Positions 52,371-62,876 of a DNA stretch of 64,000 nucleotides are shown in pieces. The notes below the pieces were generated by a model. That model made no database searches, was not told the DNA's origin, and saw nothing but the letters and a program-made list of their open reading frames with translations. This DNA is from Candidatus Uhrbacteria bacterium GW2011_GWC2_41_11. Its GTDB lineage: Bacteria; Patescibacteriota; Patescibacteriia; UBA9934; GWF2-40-263. The position numbers and the translations under genes were made by a program. Every line of letters begins with the position of its first letter. Within the stretch, counting starts at the first letter, position 1. Location: contig LCAH01000003.1 of the NCBI GenBank assembly GCA_000996355.1, forward strand, positions 4,228 through 68,227. The letters are read 5' to 3'.

Positions 52371-52380
52371 CTATTGAAAA

Positions 52381-55050
52381 ATGCGTAAAAAAAACGTAAT
52401 GTACCTTTACATGAATATGCAAAAATCTCTCTTTCTTATTCTCGACGGCAATGCGCTTCTTCATCGAGCTTGGCATGCCCTTCCTCCTTTGACTACACGT
52501 GATGGACGAGTCGTTCATGCGGCATATGGTTTTGCCATGATGACGGAAAAACTTCTCGAAATATTTCATCCAACTCACATGGCCGTGGCATGGGATTTGC
52601 CTGGAAAAACATTTCGACATAAAAAATTTGCCGCCTACAAAGCCACTCGAGAGAAAAAAGCCCCAGAACTCTACGAACAAATTCCTCTTGTGCAAAAGAT
52701 GATGGATGCATATGGAATAAAAAGTGTATCTGCGGAAGGATACGAGGCAGATGATTTAATTGGAACACTTAGTCAAAAAGCAAACATATCTGTTGTGATT
52801 GCAACAGGAGATTTAGATGCTCTTCAACTTGTGAATGAAAAGATACAAGTTCTTATTTTTCAAAAAGGAATCTCCGAAACAAAAATCTACGATGAAAAAT
52901 CGGTAAAAGACCGATTTCATCTCACTCCTTCACAAATGATTGATTACAAAGCATTACGCGGAGATCCGTCTGATAATATTCCTGGAGTTCGAGGTATCGG
53001 AGAAAAAACAGCTGTAGAACTTTTACAAACTCACGGAACATTAGATAAAATTTTTGAAGCACTTCATACAAATAGTATCCCAGAAAAAATAGCAAAAAAA
53101 CTTCGGGGTCAAGAAAAAACTGCTGAAGAAGCACATGAACTTGTCACAATTGTCCGAGATGTTCCAGGAAATTTTGATACGTCTACGTATCAGCGTCGTG
53201 ATCCAAATTTTTCTTCTTTGCGGGAATTATTTCATTCCCTTGAATTTAAAACTTTGTTAAAAAAATACGAAGCACCTTTAAAAAAGACAGCAAAAAAATC
53301 AGCTGTTGTTCGCGATGTTATTCATATCCGTGAACAAATCGAAATGTTCCGTGGAGCGGAGATGATCGCATTTGCTTATCAAGAAAAAATTCCAGATCTT
53401 TTTGGAAATGTGCTGGAATCAATTGCGTTATCAAATGGAACAACACATCTTGTCATTCCAGAGCCAACACAAGAACATCTCAATGAAATTTTTGACTTTC
53501 TTAAAACGATTCATGTCGTTGTTGCTTACGACGTAAAACATTTTTTTCACTTACGAAAAGAAGAAACAGAATTGTTGTGTCATTGGCATGATCTTCTCAT
53601 TGCTTCTTCTCTTTTGGAAATCGGTGATCGAGAACATACATTGGAAAGTTTGGCTGATTTTTATGCACTTGAACCAATACATGTGTCTACCTTGAAAGAA
53701 CATGATTCTCAAGTGATCGGACTTGCGGCCGCAACCATGATGACCCTTCACAAAAAAACAGAAAAAGATTTACAAGATCATGGACTCTGGAACATGTTTG
53801 AAAAAATAGAAATGCCTCTTGTTCCTATTTTGTTTTGCATGGAAAAAAATGGCATCAGGCTAGACAAACCATTTTTACAAACTCTTTCTAAGGAGATGCG
53901 AGGCAATATTGATGCGCTTACTCGTCGTATTTACGCGGAATCAAAAGAAGAATTTAATATCAATTCTCCGTCTCAACTTGCACACATTCTATTTGAAACA
54001 CTCCATCTTCCAACACGTGGAATTAAAAAAACAAAAACTGGACTTTCTACGGCTGCTCCAGAACTTGAAAAACTCATCGATGTCCATCCAATTATTTCTC
54101 TCATTGTTGAATATCGTGAATTGGCAAAATTAAAATCAACGTATGTGGATGTTCTTCCAACTCTTGTTCAGCAAGATGGTCGTGTTCACACAACATTTCA
54201 TCAGACTATTGCATCCACAGGACGTCTTTCCTCTTCTGATCCAAATCTTCAAAATATTCCAACCAAAACAGAATTAGGACATCGTATTCGACGAGCCTTT
54301 ATTGCAGAAAAAGGTAAGCAGCTTCTTGGAGCGGATTATTCCCAATTGGAATTACGTTTGATTTCTGTTCTTGCTAAAGATGAACCATTTCTTGCCGCAT
54401 TTCGTGCTGGGGAAGATATTCATGCTCGCACAGCAGCAGATCTTTGGAATATCCCAGAAGGAAATGTAACACCTGAACAACGACGAGCGGCAAAAACTAT
54501 AAACTTTGGTGTGTTATATGGAATGGGTCCTCGAGCCCTTGCTCGTGCCACAGATTTCACTCAAGAAGAAGCACAGCAATTTATTGATCGTTTTTTTGAA
54601 GTTCATCATGCGATTCGAGATTTTCTTGATCAAACGATTATTCAGGCAAAAAAACAAGGATATGTAGAAACGATGTTCAAACGCCGGCGTTCTATTTTAG
54701 ACATTCATTCTCATATCCCCATGCTTGCCGCTGCAGCAGAACGCATGGCTATTAATATGCCTGTCCAAGGTACAGAAGCGGATATTATAAAAATGGCCAT
54801 GATTCAAATAGATGGATGGATTCGAACCCTTCAAGCAGCTCAAGCTGGACGTTCATATATTCGTCTTCTCCTTCAAGTTCATGATGAACTTGTGTTTGAG
54901 GTAGATGAAGCATTTGTTTCAGAAACTGCACGAGCTGTAAAACATTTTATGGAGACCGTTGTTCAACTCGAAATTCCTTTAACAGTGAATATCGAAACTG
55001 GGCGCAACTGGGGAGAAATGAAACCTTGGGAGGAGTCTTTATTTGTATGA
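52381..55050 (+). CDS. polA: DNA polymerase I
   Basis: 5'-nuclease domain, degenerate 3'-5' exo-like region, and polymerase motifs A/B/C (LLQVHDELVFEV etc.). Start is probably MQKSLFLILDG. Confidence 0.9.
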   Translation: MRKKNVMYLYMNMQKSLFLILDGNALLHRAWHALPPLTTRDGRVVHAAYGFAMMTEKLLEIFHPTHMAVAWDLPGKTFRHKKFAAYKATREKKAPELYEQIPLVQKMMDAYGIKSVSAEGYEADDLIGTLSQKANISVVIATGDLDALQLVNEKIQVLIFQKGISETKIYDEKSVKDRFHLTPSQMIDYKALRGDPSDNIPGVRGIGEKTAVELLQTHGTLDKIFEALHTNSIPEKIAKKLRGQEKTAEEAHELVTIVRDVPGNFDTSTYQRRDPNFSSLRELFHSLEFKTLLKKYEAPLKKTAKKSAVVRDVIHIREQIEMFRGAEMIAFAYQEKIPDLFGNVLESIALSNGTTHLVIPEPTQEHLNEIFDFLKTIHVVVAYDVKHFFHLRKEETELLCHWHDLLIASSLLEIGDREHTLESLADFYALEPIHVSTLKEHDSQVIGLAAATMMTLHKKTEKDLQDHGLWNMFEKIEMPLVPILFCMEKNGIRLDKPFLQTLSKEMRGNIDALTRRIYAESKEEFNINSPSQLAHILFETLHLPTRGIKKTKTGLSTAAPELEKLIDVHPIISLIVEYRELAKLKSTYVDVLPTLVQQDGRVHTTFHQTIASTGRLSSSDPNLQNIPTKTELGHRIRRAFIAEKGKQLLGADYSQLELRLISVLAKDEPFLAAFRAGEDIHARTAADLWNIPEGNVTPEQRRAAKTINFGVLYGMGPRALARATDFTQEEAQQFIDRFFEVHHAIRDFLDQTIIQAKKQGYVETMFKRRRSILDIHSHIPMLAAAAERMAINMPVQGTEADIIKMAMIQIDGWIRTLQAAQAGRSYIRLLLQVHDELVFEVDEAFVSETARAVKHFMETVVQLEIPLTVNIETGRNWGEMKPWEESLFV

Positions 55051-56024
55051 TGATTCTTGTTTATGGAGATGACACATTTCGTGTACAAGAAAAAGTGCAA
55101 GAACTTATTTCTGCTTTTGTTAAAAAATTTGATCCAGGAAAATTAAATCTTTCTCTTTTTCCGTCTGGAGGAAGCGATAAGGTAGATATGGATGATGCCG
55201 CACGCACCATTGCTTGCGCACCTTTTTTAAGTGAACGTCGCATGGTGGTCATTCGTGATGGATTTCGTTCTTTGAAAAAAAATCAAGAAGGAACATGGGA
55301 AGAACGTCTTTTAAAAACAGGAGATTCGACGATTGTTATTTTTTGGGAATCTACTTCCATAAAAGACGTTGAAAAACATCCACTTTATAAAATTATCTCT
55401 GAAAAATCTGGTGTATATACGTATGTGTTTCCTCTTTTACAACACAAAGAACTTATTTCATGGATTTCAAAATGTGTTCAAAAATATGGCAGTACGATTG
55501 AAGTCAAAGCCCAGGAACTTCTTGCTTTAAAAACAGGTTCTGATTTGTGGCAACTGAATGGAGAAATTCAAAAATTGGTTGGATATGCAGATGGAAAAAA
55601 TATTTCTAGATTCATGGTCGAGACATTGGTCCATGCTCAATTTTCGGATCAAATATTTGCATTTCTGGATGCTGTCTCTCAACAACGTATTATTGACGCC
55701 ATGCAACTCCTTGAAGAAGAGCGCCTTTCTGGTGCAAGTGACGGATACTTGTTTAACATGCTTACAAGGCAGGTACGTATTCTTCTTGAGCTCAAAGCAT
55801 GTTTGGAAGAACATCCAACTTTATCAAAAGACAAAGCCGCATCCCTTCTCAATCTTCATCCGTTTGTTGTTTCAAAAACAATCAGCCAGGTCAAAGCATT
55901 TCCACTCGAACATTTAAAAAAAACACATGATTATTTTTACGAACTCGATAGAGGGATGAAAACAGGACGCTATTCGGAGAGAATGGGTATGGATCTTGCT
56001 ATTGTCGCTCTTCTCCAACCATAA
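55046..56024 (+). CDS. holA: DNA polymerase III delta subunit-like
   Basis: Typical HolA N-terminus (ILVYGDDTFRVQEKVQEL...). The ATG overlaps the polA TGA stop (ATGA). Confidence 0.6.
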
Positions 56025-56037
56025 ACATTCATATTAA

Positions 56038-56068
56038 AAAAGTCTAGGTTTAAACCTAGACTTTTTTG
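56038..56068. terminator. bidirectional terminator between holA and rpsT
   Basis: agtctaggtttaaacctagact followed by TTTTTTGTTTT. Confidence 0.7.
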
Positions 56069-56328
56069 TTTTGGATATTCAACTTAAGAACGGTTCGGGA
56101 TTTAATACGTGAAGCAGTATTTTTTTTGAGAATCCCTTTTGAAACAGCTTTATCTAATTTTTTTGCCATGGTTCGGGAGACAACAGAAGCATCTTCTGTT
56201 TTTCCTGCTGCTAAAGTTTTACGGAACTTCACACGGAGGGAATGAATCTCCGCTTTTACGAGATCATTGCGCACAACCCGTTTCAGGCTCTGACGCAATG
56301 CTTTTTTTGCATTTTCTTTAATAGGCAT
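56056..56328 (-). CDS. rpsT: 30S ribosomal protein S20
   Basis: MPIKENAKKALRQSLKRVVRN... Confidence 0.85.
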   Translation of the reverse strand: MPIKENAKKALRQSLKRVVRNDLVKAEIHSLRVKFRKTLAAGKTEDASVVSRTMAKKLDKAVSKGILKKNTASRIKSRTVLKLNIQNKKV

Positions 56329-56400
56329 AAATAAATCGCGGTTACCCGCGCGATCAACAATGACGACAATCTACCTGTACAAACAAAATCCGTCAAGTGA

Positions 56401-57369
56401 TTATTCTAACAATTTTACTTGGTCTAATTTATTTGAAAATCGACCATATTCAATTGTTGCTCCTTCCAAAGCATTTTTGGCATTTGTCAGGTGTCGATTC
56501 ACAAGTTGTAAAGATTCGGAAAATTTGATGTTTTCCTGCTGAATTCCCTTTAAAAGTTCCCAGATCTTCTGCGCTTGCTCCTGAATTTTTGTGCGTTCCA
56601 GACCCATCAAAATGACGCGCAAAAAGTGAAAAAAACTGTTTGGAGAAACAAAAAGGATATTGCGACTTTTTGCATAATCCATCAGCTCGTCATTATTCGC
56701 GACAATTTCGTAATAAACATTTTCAGATGGCACATACATGACCGCAAAATCAACAGTTCCTTCATGAGGAAGAATGTATTTTTTTGAAACATCATCAATA
56801 TGTTTTTTTACATGTCTTACAAATTCGCGAGAACAACGTAATCGGTCATCATCCGTTGTCGTCTGACACATGGCTTTAAAACTTTCCATGGGAAATTTAG
56901 AATCAATGGGGATCATGGAATCACTTGTTTTAATGACAGCATCAACAACTTGACCATCCTTAAACTTAAACTGTTTTGCATACTGATTCGAAGCAAACAC
57001 CTGATCCATAGCATCATACAAAATCTGTTCTCCAAGATTGCCACGCAATTTTGGAGATGACAAAAGAGCCTGAAAATCTTTCAGTCCACGACCGATTTCG
57101 GACATGGAACCAAGTTCCCTATTTACCTGACCAATCACCTGTGCCGCTCGATCAAGACGTGTATTCAGTCCTTCTGTTGTTCGATCCATTCGTTCCTGAA
57201 CACCCCGCACATTATCGTTTAATAATTGAAGAAGTTTATCAGATTGATTCTGCGCTTGAAGATTTTTCAAATCGTTTACTTGTCGTTGAAACATGTTTGT
57301 AACCAAAACAAATCCAGTGATAATAGCTGCAAGAAGAACAAGAAAAAAAAGAAGAGTAAAAGGTTCCAT
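56401..57369 (-). CDS. rmuC: DNA recombination protein RmuC
   Basis: N-terminal TM helix, coiled-coil region and RmuC C-domain. Confidence 0.8.
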   Translation of the reverse strand: MEPFTLLFFLVLLAAIITGFVLVTNMFQRQVNDLKNLQAQNQSDKLLQLLNDNVRGVQERMDRTTEGLNTRLDRAAQVIGQVNRELGSMSEIGRGLKDFQALLSSPKLRGNLGEQILYDAMDQVFASNQYAKQFKFKDGQVVDAVIKTSDSMIPIDSKFPMESFKAMCQTTTDDDRLRCSREFVRHVKKHIDDVSKKYILPHEGTVDFAVMYVPSENVYYEIVANNDELMDYAKSRNILFVSPNSFFHFLRVILMGLERTKIQEQAQKIWELLKGIQQENIKFSESLQLVNRHLTNAKNALEGATIEYGRFSNKLDQVKLLE

Positions 57370-57445
57370 AATTGACGCCGTTGGTCTTTTCCAGATATTT
57401 TAAGAAAGCGTTGGAAAGACGTGCTTATTGTAGCATGAAAAAAGA

Positions 57446-57520
57446 GCCCTTGTAGCTCAATGGATAGAGCAAGTCCGTCCTAAGGACGAGATGGGGGTTC
57501 GATTCCCTCCAAGGGCACCA
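57446..57520 (+). tRNA. tRNA-Arg (anticodon CCU), CCA encoded
   Basis: gcccttgtagctcaatggatagagcaagtccgtCCTaaggacg...ccctccaagggcacca. Same architecture as the tRNA-Arg(UCU). Confidence 0.7.
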
Positions 57521-57547
57521 CGAAAAAGAAACTTTCAATTATAGGAT

Positions 57548-58354
57548 TTGAAAAAACTTATGAAAATTCATTATATTGGTCTTTCATGTTTTTTGATTGA
57601 AAACAAAAATGGATTTCGAATACTTATTGATCCATTCAACGATTCATCAGAATGGATACTTGGTCCAAATTTTCCAAAAGAATTTCAAGGAAAACCTTTC
57701 GGGGCAAATATTGTTTTGATGTCTGAACCGGATTCTGACCATGCTTATGCGCCTGGCGGTTGGCTTCAAAATGCACCTGAAACAAAAACGAATAGCAATC
57801 CATTTCCAAATTTTGATTTACGAGGGACTATCGTTTACGAGTACAATGGAGATGTAAATATAGCTTGGCATTATACGATTGATGGATTGCGGATAGCACA
57901 TTTTGGAGATCATTCTCATCATTTAACTGATGAACAATTAAATGAACTCGGCACACCAGATATTATCTTCATTTCTCCACCAAAAACAGAAAGTAAAACA
58001 GCTCTTGATGTAATAAGAAAAAATATAGAACAGCTTCAGCCAAAAATTGTTATTTGGGCACACCATCTTGTTCCAAAAAACTTGCCAAAAGAAGATAAGC
58101 CAGAAATTCTAAGAAAGTTTTTCTCGCAATATTTTAAAAACAACGCAAGCACAAATAAAGGATACAAGGATGAAAAAAGTTTTTTAGAACTTTGTTTTAT
58201 TTTGGAAAATGCACTTGTATTAAACAAAGAATATTCCGGTATGACATTGGATAAATCATTTCTTGAAATTGATGATAATTTTTTGAAACAAATAAAGAAT
58301 GAACCTACGAGTATATTGTTTCGTTCTATGCTTGCCAGTTCGTTATTTGAATAG
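57548..58354 (+). CDS. metallo-beta-lactamase-fold hydrolase (Lactamase_B_3-like)
   Basis: Non-canonical metal motif EPDSDH. Resembles the MBL-fold Lactamase_B_3 / UlaG-like lactonase group (family assignment from motif reading only). Confidence 0.5.
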   Translation: MKKLMKIHYIGLSCFLIENKNGFRILIDPFNDSSEWILGPNFPKEFQGKPFGANIVLMSEPDSDHAYAPGGWLQNAPETKTNSNPFPNFDLRGTIVYEYNGDVNIAWHYTIDGLRIAHFGDHSHHLTDEQLNELGTPDIIFISPPKTESKTALDVIRKNIEQLQPKIVIWAHHLVPKNLPKEDKPEILRKFFSQYFKNNASTNKGYKDEKSFLELCFILENALVLNKEYSGMTLDKSFLEIDDNFLKQIKNEPTSILFRSMLASSLFE

Positions 58355-58446
58355 ATCATAAAATTACCGCCAAAAACTGAAATTATCATTGATATAACTC
58401 CCTTTTAAAAAAACCATTCATCAGTTATACTTTTTTTGCCCAAAAT

Positions 58447-58522
58447 GGGCCTGTAGCTCAGTTGGTAGAGCGCTGCATTCGCATTGCAGAGGTCAGGAGT
58501 TCGAATCTCCTCAGGTCCACCA
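58447..58522 (+). tRNA. tRNA-Ala (anticodon CGC), CCA encoded
   Basis: gggcctgtagctcagttggtagagcgctgcattCGCattgcagaggtcaggagttcgaatctcctcaggtccacca. Confidence 0.85.
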
Positions 58523-58687
58523 ACCTTCGCGCCAGCGAAGAATACACTTCGTAGCCTTGGCGAAGAAGGGGTGGTTGAGTCATATCCCTACTGTTCAAAA
58601 CAGTTGACACTACGGATGGCACAGTCTTAATTTTCAGACATATTCTACGGCAAAAGTAAAAATGACGCATAAAGCGTCTTCTTTTAT

Positions 58688-59578
58688 ATGTATTGGATTC
58701 TTGTCGCTCTTCTGTCTCCTATTCTACATGGTGGGGCAAATGTTTTAGACAATCACTTTTCAAACCATATTTTTAAACAAGTTTGGTCTCTCATTTTCTA
58801 TAGTTCTCTTTGTAATACTTTGTTTCTCCCTCTTGTTTTACTTATTGATATACCAAAATTTCCTCCCCCAGTACTTCTTCCATTCTTTTTTCTTATTGGT
58901 TTTATTGAAATTCTTTATTGTTATCCTTATTACAAAGCTTTACAAAATGATGATACTTCTGTGGTATCTGCTTTGTTTGCTCTTGGAAAAATTTTTGTTC
59001 CTATTTTTGCATTCTTTTTTATTGGGGAAACATTAGGAATAATTCAATATATTGGATTTGGTATTATTGTTCTTGCAAGTGTTGCTTTAACTTTAAATCA
59101 TCATGAACGATTTCGATTTAATCGTTCTTTTATTTACATGCTTATTTGTTCAATTCTTCTTGCTTTGGAAGGAGTTTTATATAAATATCTTTTTAATCAA
59201 GTTGATTGGAGTACAGGTTTTGTCTGGCCAATTATTTTTTCCTTTCTTTTTGCTCTCTGTCTTTGGTTTTTTCCATTCTTTCGAAAAGATATGAGAAACC
59301 AATTCACTCGATTTCGACACTCTTTCCATCTTTTCTTTTTTGAAGAATTTCTTACCTTTAGTGGATCAGCTGCTTCAACGTATGCTATTGCTCTTGTTCC
59401 ACTTACAATGCAAAAAAGTATTGATCCCATTCAACCATTTTTTGTTCTTTTTTACGCAATGCTTCTCAAGAAACATTTTCCAAATTTTTTTAAAGAAAAA
59501 ACTGATCATCAAAGTGTTTTTAAAAAAATGATTCTATTTGGCATTATGATTTTGGGAATTATATTGGTTGTGCGTTAA
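58688..59578 (+). CDS. DMT-superfamily (EamA-like) membrane transporter
   Basis: 296 aa, about 10 TM helices with a two-halves architecture. Confidence 0.45.
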   Translation: MYWILVALLSPILHGGANVLDNHFSNHIFKQVWSLIFYSSLCNTLFLPLVLLIDIPKFPPPVLLPFFFLIGFIEILYCYPYYKALQNDDTSVVSALFALGKIFVPIFAFFFIGETLGIIQYIGFGIIVLASVALTLNHHERFRFNRSFIYMLICSILLALEGVLYKYLFNQVDWSTGFVWPIIFSFLFALCLWFFPFFRKDMRNQFTRFRHSFHLFFFEEFLTFSGSAASTYAIALVPLTMQKSIDPIQPFFVLFYAMLLKKHFPNFFKEKTDHQSVFKKMILFGIMILGIILVVR

Positions 59579-60349
59579 GTTCGTTTCTAATCTTTTTGCT
59601 TCTGCCCATGCAAGTTCGTAGATTTTTTTCATAGCATCTGCAATTTCCGCACTCTCAATAATGATCCCTAATTTTTCACGCCATAAAGCAATCATGACTT
59701 TGTTGTCATAAATATTGATTTCAGGAGAAAAATAAAATGTTTCTGCAGGAATAAGGGCTGTTTCTCGAGCTTCTTTTTTATTTTGTTTCATTTGTTCCAT
59801 GGCCAAAGGTGTTTTTGGAATAATGGCACGAATATGAATGCCTTTTTTTGCACGTCGTACATAATAATTTGAAAAATAATCTGGAAGAACTGCGTGCATA
59901 TCATCGACTGTGGCATAGGTACGAATTTCTTCGTGAGAAGTGAGAATATCTTCATAAACTTGTTCAAGCCCCTGCTTCCCTTCATAAAAACGAACTCGAG
60001 GACGATCAGAAATGTTGTGGATAGATTTTAATTGCGGAAGCATTATCTTGGCTTGTGTAAGCTGTTCTTCTGTTTTCTCTTTCTTCAATTCTAGAAACGC
60101 AATAATACGATCAGGAGATTCGGCTACATATTCTTGTTTTGGTTTTTTTCCAGAAATACTTACAAAACCGTAACTTATAAGTGTGTTTAAAATATCATAT
60201 CCAGTTGTCCGATTTATTTCTGCTTGTTGAGCAATTTCGGAAACTGTTCCTTTTCCAAGAGAAAGAAGACCTAAATAAACATTTGCTTCTTTTTCAGATA
60301 AATCCATGAAAAGAAGCTGTTTTTTGAGAAAAAGAAGTGTGTCATTCAT
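59534..60349 (-). CDS. TrmB-family transcriptional regulator (second paralog)
   Basis: wHTH LGLLSLGKGTVSEIAQQAEINRTTGYDILNTLISYGFV plus a TrmB C-domain. Confidence 0.6.
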   Translation of the reverse strand: MNDTLLFLKKQLLFMDLSEKEANVYLGLLSLGKGTVSEIAQQAEINRTTGYDILNTLISYGFVSISGKKPKQEYVAESPDRIIAFLELKKEKTEEQLTQAKIMLPQLKSIHNISDRPRVRFYEGKQGLEQVYEDILTSHEEIRTYATVDDMHAVLPDYFSNYYVRRAKKGIHIRAIIPKTPLAMEQMKQNKKEARETALIPAETFYFSPEINIYDNKVMIALWREKLGIIIESAEIADAMKKIYELAWAEAKRLETNLTHNQYNSQNHNAK

Positions 60350-60471
60350 AAAAAATGAAATTCAAACAACAAAAAACTTTGAGATTATAAACATATCAAA
60401 AAAGAATGATAGTGTCAATTTTTTTCCACAATAAATTTAAATAGTTTATTTTTATTTAAATTGAGCTAAAA

Positions 60472-60505
60472 ATAGTTATATCGTTTGACGATAACTATCG
60501 TCAAA
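60472..60505. promoter_or_regulatory. nested perfect palindrome; candidate operator upstream of second trmB
   Basis: tttgacgata-ac-tatcgtcaaa (10-bp arms) nested in atagttat...ataactat. Confidence 0.4.
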
Positions 60506-60620
60506 AAATTTTATCTTTGATTTTTTAATTATTTCTCTCTGTAGAGATAAATCCTCTCAGAATTTTTTTAAAAAAATCAACAAAAAAACGAAAATACAAT
60601 GTTATAATAAAAATATTCTT

Positions 60621-60941
60621 ATGAACTCACAAAAAGACAAAAAAGAAAGATTTTCCCTTTCTGAAAAAATCTCTCTTATTATCATAAGTTTTCTCCTTAT
60701 TTTTGTCTCTTTAGGATCTTTTTTATCCGCGTGGGATTGGCAGACATCACAAAAAAGACTCATTCAAATAAATAGAATTATTGAAAATATAAAATTAGAT
60801 CACTATTCGAAAAGAAGCGGATATGGAGAACAAATCATGTTTTCTTTAAATGGAAACCATTTATCCTTCTTTCTTACAGATCAGGATATTTTCTTTAATG
60901 AATTTCCGCACAGCAAGCTGACGCGGTATCGAAAGGATTAG
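60621..60941 (+). CDS. small hypothetical membrane-anchored protein; 3' end runs into IS end
   Basis: 106 aa. The C-terminal codons are encoded by the IS subterminal hairpin sequence. Confidence 0.3.
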   Translation: MNSQKDKKERFSLSEKISLIIISFLLIFVSLGSFLSAWDWQTSQKRLIQINRIIENIKLDHYSKRSGYGEQIMFSLNGNHLSFFLTDQDIFFNEFPHSKLTRYRKD

Positions 60942-61430
60942 AAATCAAAGAGCTTAAGTTGATTCGTTTGAAATCCTTGTTTTCTAACATATTCACGAAT
61001 CACGTCCTTGTTTTCACTTTCTCCAACCGTAGCTCCAAAGAAACCTTCTGTCCAAAATGCACCGCCCAAAAGTTCTTTTTTGAGATCCGGATGTTTTTTA
61101 AACATTTCTCGAGCAATGATTGACTTCATGGTTTGAATAATAATAGAAGGAGAGAACTTTGGTGCTGCAGACATGAAAAAATGAACGTGATTCGTATCGA
61201 TACCTATTTGTTCGAATTCATACTCATAACGCTCTTCGATTTCTCTACAGATGAAACGGAGGGTATTCTCACGGTCAAAAAATCCAAAGAGTGCTTTCCG
61301 ATACTTTACTGGACAAACAAAGTGATAGTGAATTTGATACGCATTGTGCTCAGATTTTTTAACCGTTCGCATACCCTCCTAGTTTAGAGGACAAGGTACC
61401 GCGCAGCAAGCTGCTCGGAAAAAGGCAAGT
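60900..61430 (-). mobile_element. IS200/IS605-family insertion sequence (tnpA only)
   Basis: tnpA is flanked by similar imperfect hairpins: ccgcacagcaagctgacgcgg (60906-60926) and ccgcgcagcaagctgctcgg (61399-61418). Confidence 0.75.
60938..61372 (-). CDS. tnpA: IS200/IS605 transposase TnpA (Y1 HUH)
   Basis: IHYHFVCPVKYRKALF; HUH motif GIDTNHVHFFMSAAPKFSP; catalytic Tyr region. 144 aa. Confidence 0.85.
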   Translation of the reverse strand: MRTVKKSEHNAYQIHYHFVCPVKYRKALFGFFDRENTLRFICREIEERYEYEFEQIGIDTNHVHFFMSAAPKFSPSIIIQTMKSIIAREMFKKHPDLKKELLGGAFWTEGFFGATVGESENKDVIREYVRKQGFQTNQLKLFDF

Positions 61431-61908
61431 TGTAATTTTTTATGCCTTTATTTTTTAAACCTTATTTGGACATTTGCATGGATCATTTGCAAATATCTTT
61501 AAACGCATTTTTTGTTTCATGTGAAACAAAATGAAAATTTGGATACAGAACAAGGAGAAATTGAAAATTTTTATGAGCTGTGTTCGCAGGTACAGCAAAC
61601 AAAAAATGCAGATTTCGACAAAATTATGCGCCGAATGAGAAAGTCCTAAAAGAATTGAATTTAAAAAAAATAAGTTCGATAAATAACAATTTATTCTTTG
61701 AGTCCATTCGAAAGGTATCAAAAACAATTGATCATTATTATCATAAAAATAAGCTCGGATCATATATTAAAAATCATATTTGTCTACATTAGACTAGACA
61801 AATAAATAAAAAGTGGATAAATATGTGAGAAATGATAGATAAACTGTGGAAAAAATTTTTATCCACAGTTTAAATTAAAAAAATGGCTAAAATTAGCAAA
61901 ATTTTTTA

Positions 61909-61937
61909 TTGACTAAATATAGTGTTCATGTTAAAAT
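61909..61937 (+). promoter_or_regulatory. sigma70 promoter for secreted-protein gene pair
   Basis: TTGACT, a 17-nt spacer, then TAAAAT. RBS AAGGA before the ATG at 61959. Confidence 0.55.
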
Positions 61938-61958
61938 AGCTATATAAAAAGGAAAATT

Positions 61959-62867
61959 ATGCGTCTGTATCATGGTTGGATCATTTTTGCGATTCTTCTG
62001 GCTTTCAATGTTTCTCCCACACATGCTGAGATGTCCTCATCTAATTTCCAGATCAAATGGGACACCATAAGCCAAGGAGGGTCTGAGAATGCTTCTTCTG
62101 CCAGCTATCGATTATATGACACAGTAGGAAATATTGGAGCAGGATCAAGTTCTGGTAGTACTTTTAACCTGCAGGCAGGGTATCGAGCTGGTGTGTTTGA
62201 TCAGACAATCCTTTTTAATGTTCTTTCTCAAGTGACAAGTTCGGAACGTGCGGCAATGAATCTTGTAGGAAACATTATTACGACAGATCCTTCAGGATTG
62301 ATTGTTGGAAATTTAGTCGCTCTTATTCAGGACAAAGGTCAAACTCAAGTAGCGGCTGTTGGTCAAATCACTTCTATAGGTGTTGGAACTGTGACGATCG
62401 ACGAATTTGCAGATGGAGGAACTCTTCCAACAATAGATGGCACCAATGATGTTGTTTATCTTCTCGAAGGAGAAACCTTGGACTTTCAAGAACTGACAGA
62501 TACGGAAGTAAAAACAGCTATCATAGGAATGGAAGTTTCTACAGACGTTGTTGGTGGATATACCGTTCAAGTATTTGATGACGGTAATCTCCGCATAGGG
62601 ACAGAAGAAATATCGGATGTTTTGGACGGTTCTGTCACTGTCGGACAGACAGAATATGGAGGACGATCGTCAGATACAACGATTTCAGATTCAACATTCG
62701 ACACACAAGACACCGGGTTTACCACAGACTTTCAAACTGTTGTCGAAAAAAATGAAGCCTCCTTTTCAGATCGTCACTTTATGACTCTCAAGGCCTCGAT
62801 TTCTTCTGCTGTCGAAAACGGTACATATAGTCATGCTCTTTCCTTTATTATTTCGGGGAATTTTTAA
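61959..62867 (+). CDS. hypothetical secreted beta-rich protein
   Basis: Signal peptide ...SPTHA. G/S/T/D-rich repeats. No membrane anchor. Confidence 0.45.
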   Translation: MRLYHGWIIFAILLAFNVSPTHAEMSSSNFQIKWDTISQGGSENASSASYRLYDTVGNIGAGSSSGSTFNLQAGYRAGVFDQTILFNVLSQVTSSERAAMNLVGNIITTDPSGLIVGNLVALIQDKGQTQVAAVGQITSIGVGTVTIDEFADGGTLPTIDGTNDVVYLLEGETLDFQELTDTEVKTAIIGMEVSTDVVGGYTVQVFDDGNLRIGTEEISDVLDGSVTVGQTEYGGRSSDTTISDSTFDTQDTGFTTDFQTVVEKNEASFSDRHFMTLKASISSAVENGTYSHALSFIISGNF

Positions 62868-62876
62868 ACGAGATTT

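Noticed and set aside
61440-61960. TnpB/IscB-type gene or omega-RNA next to IS200 tnpA
   Set aside because: There is no long ORF. This is a 585-bp AT-rich spacer with only hairpins and the downstream promoter.
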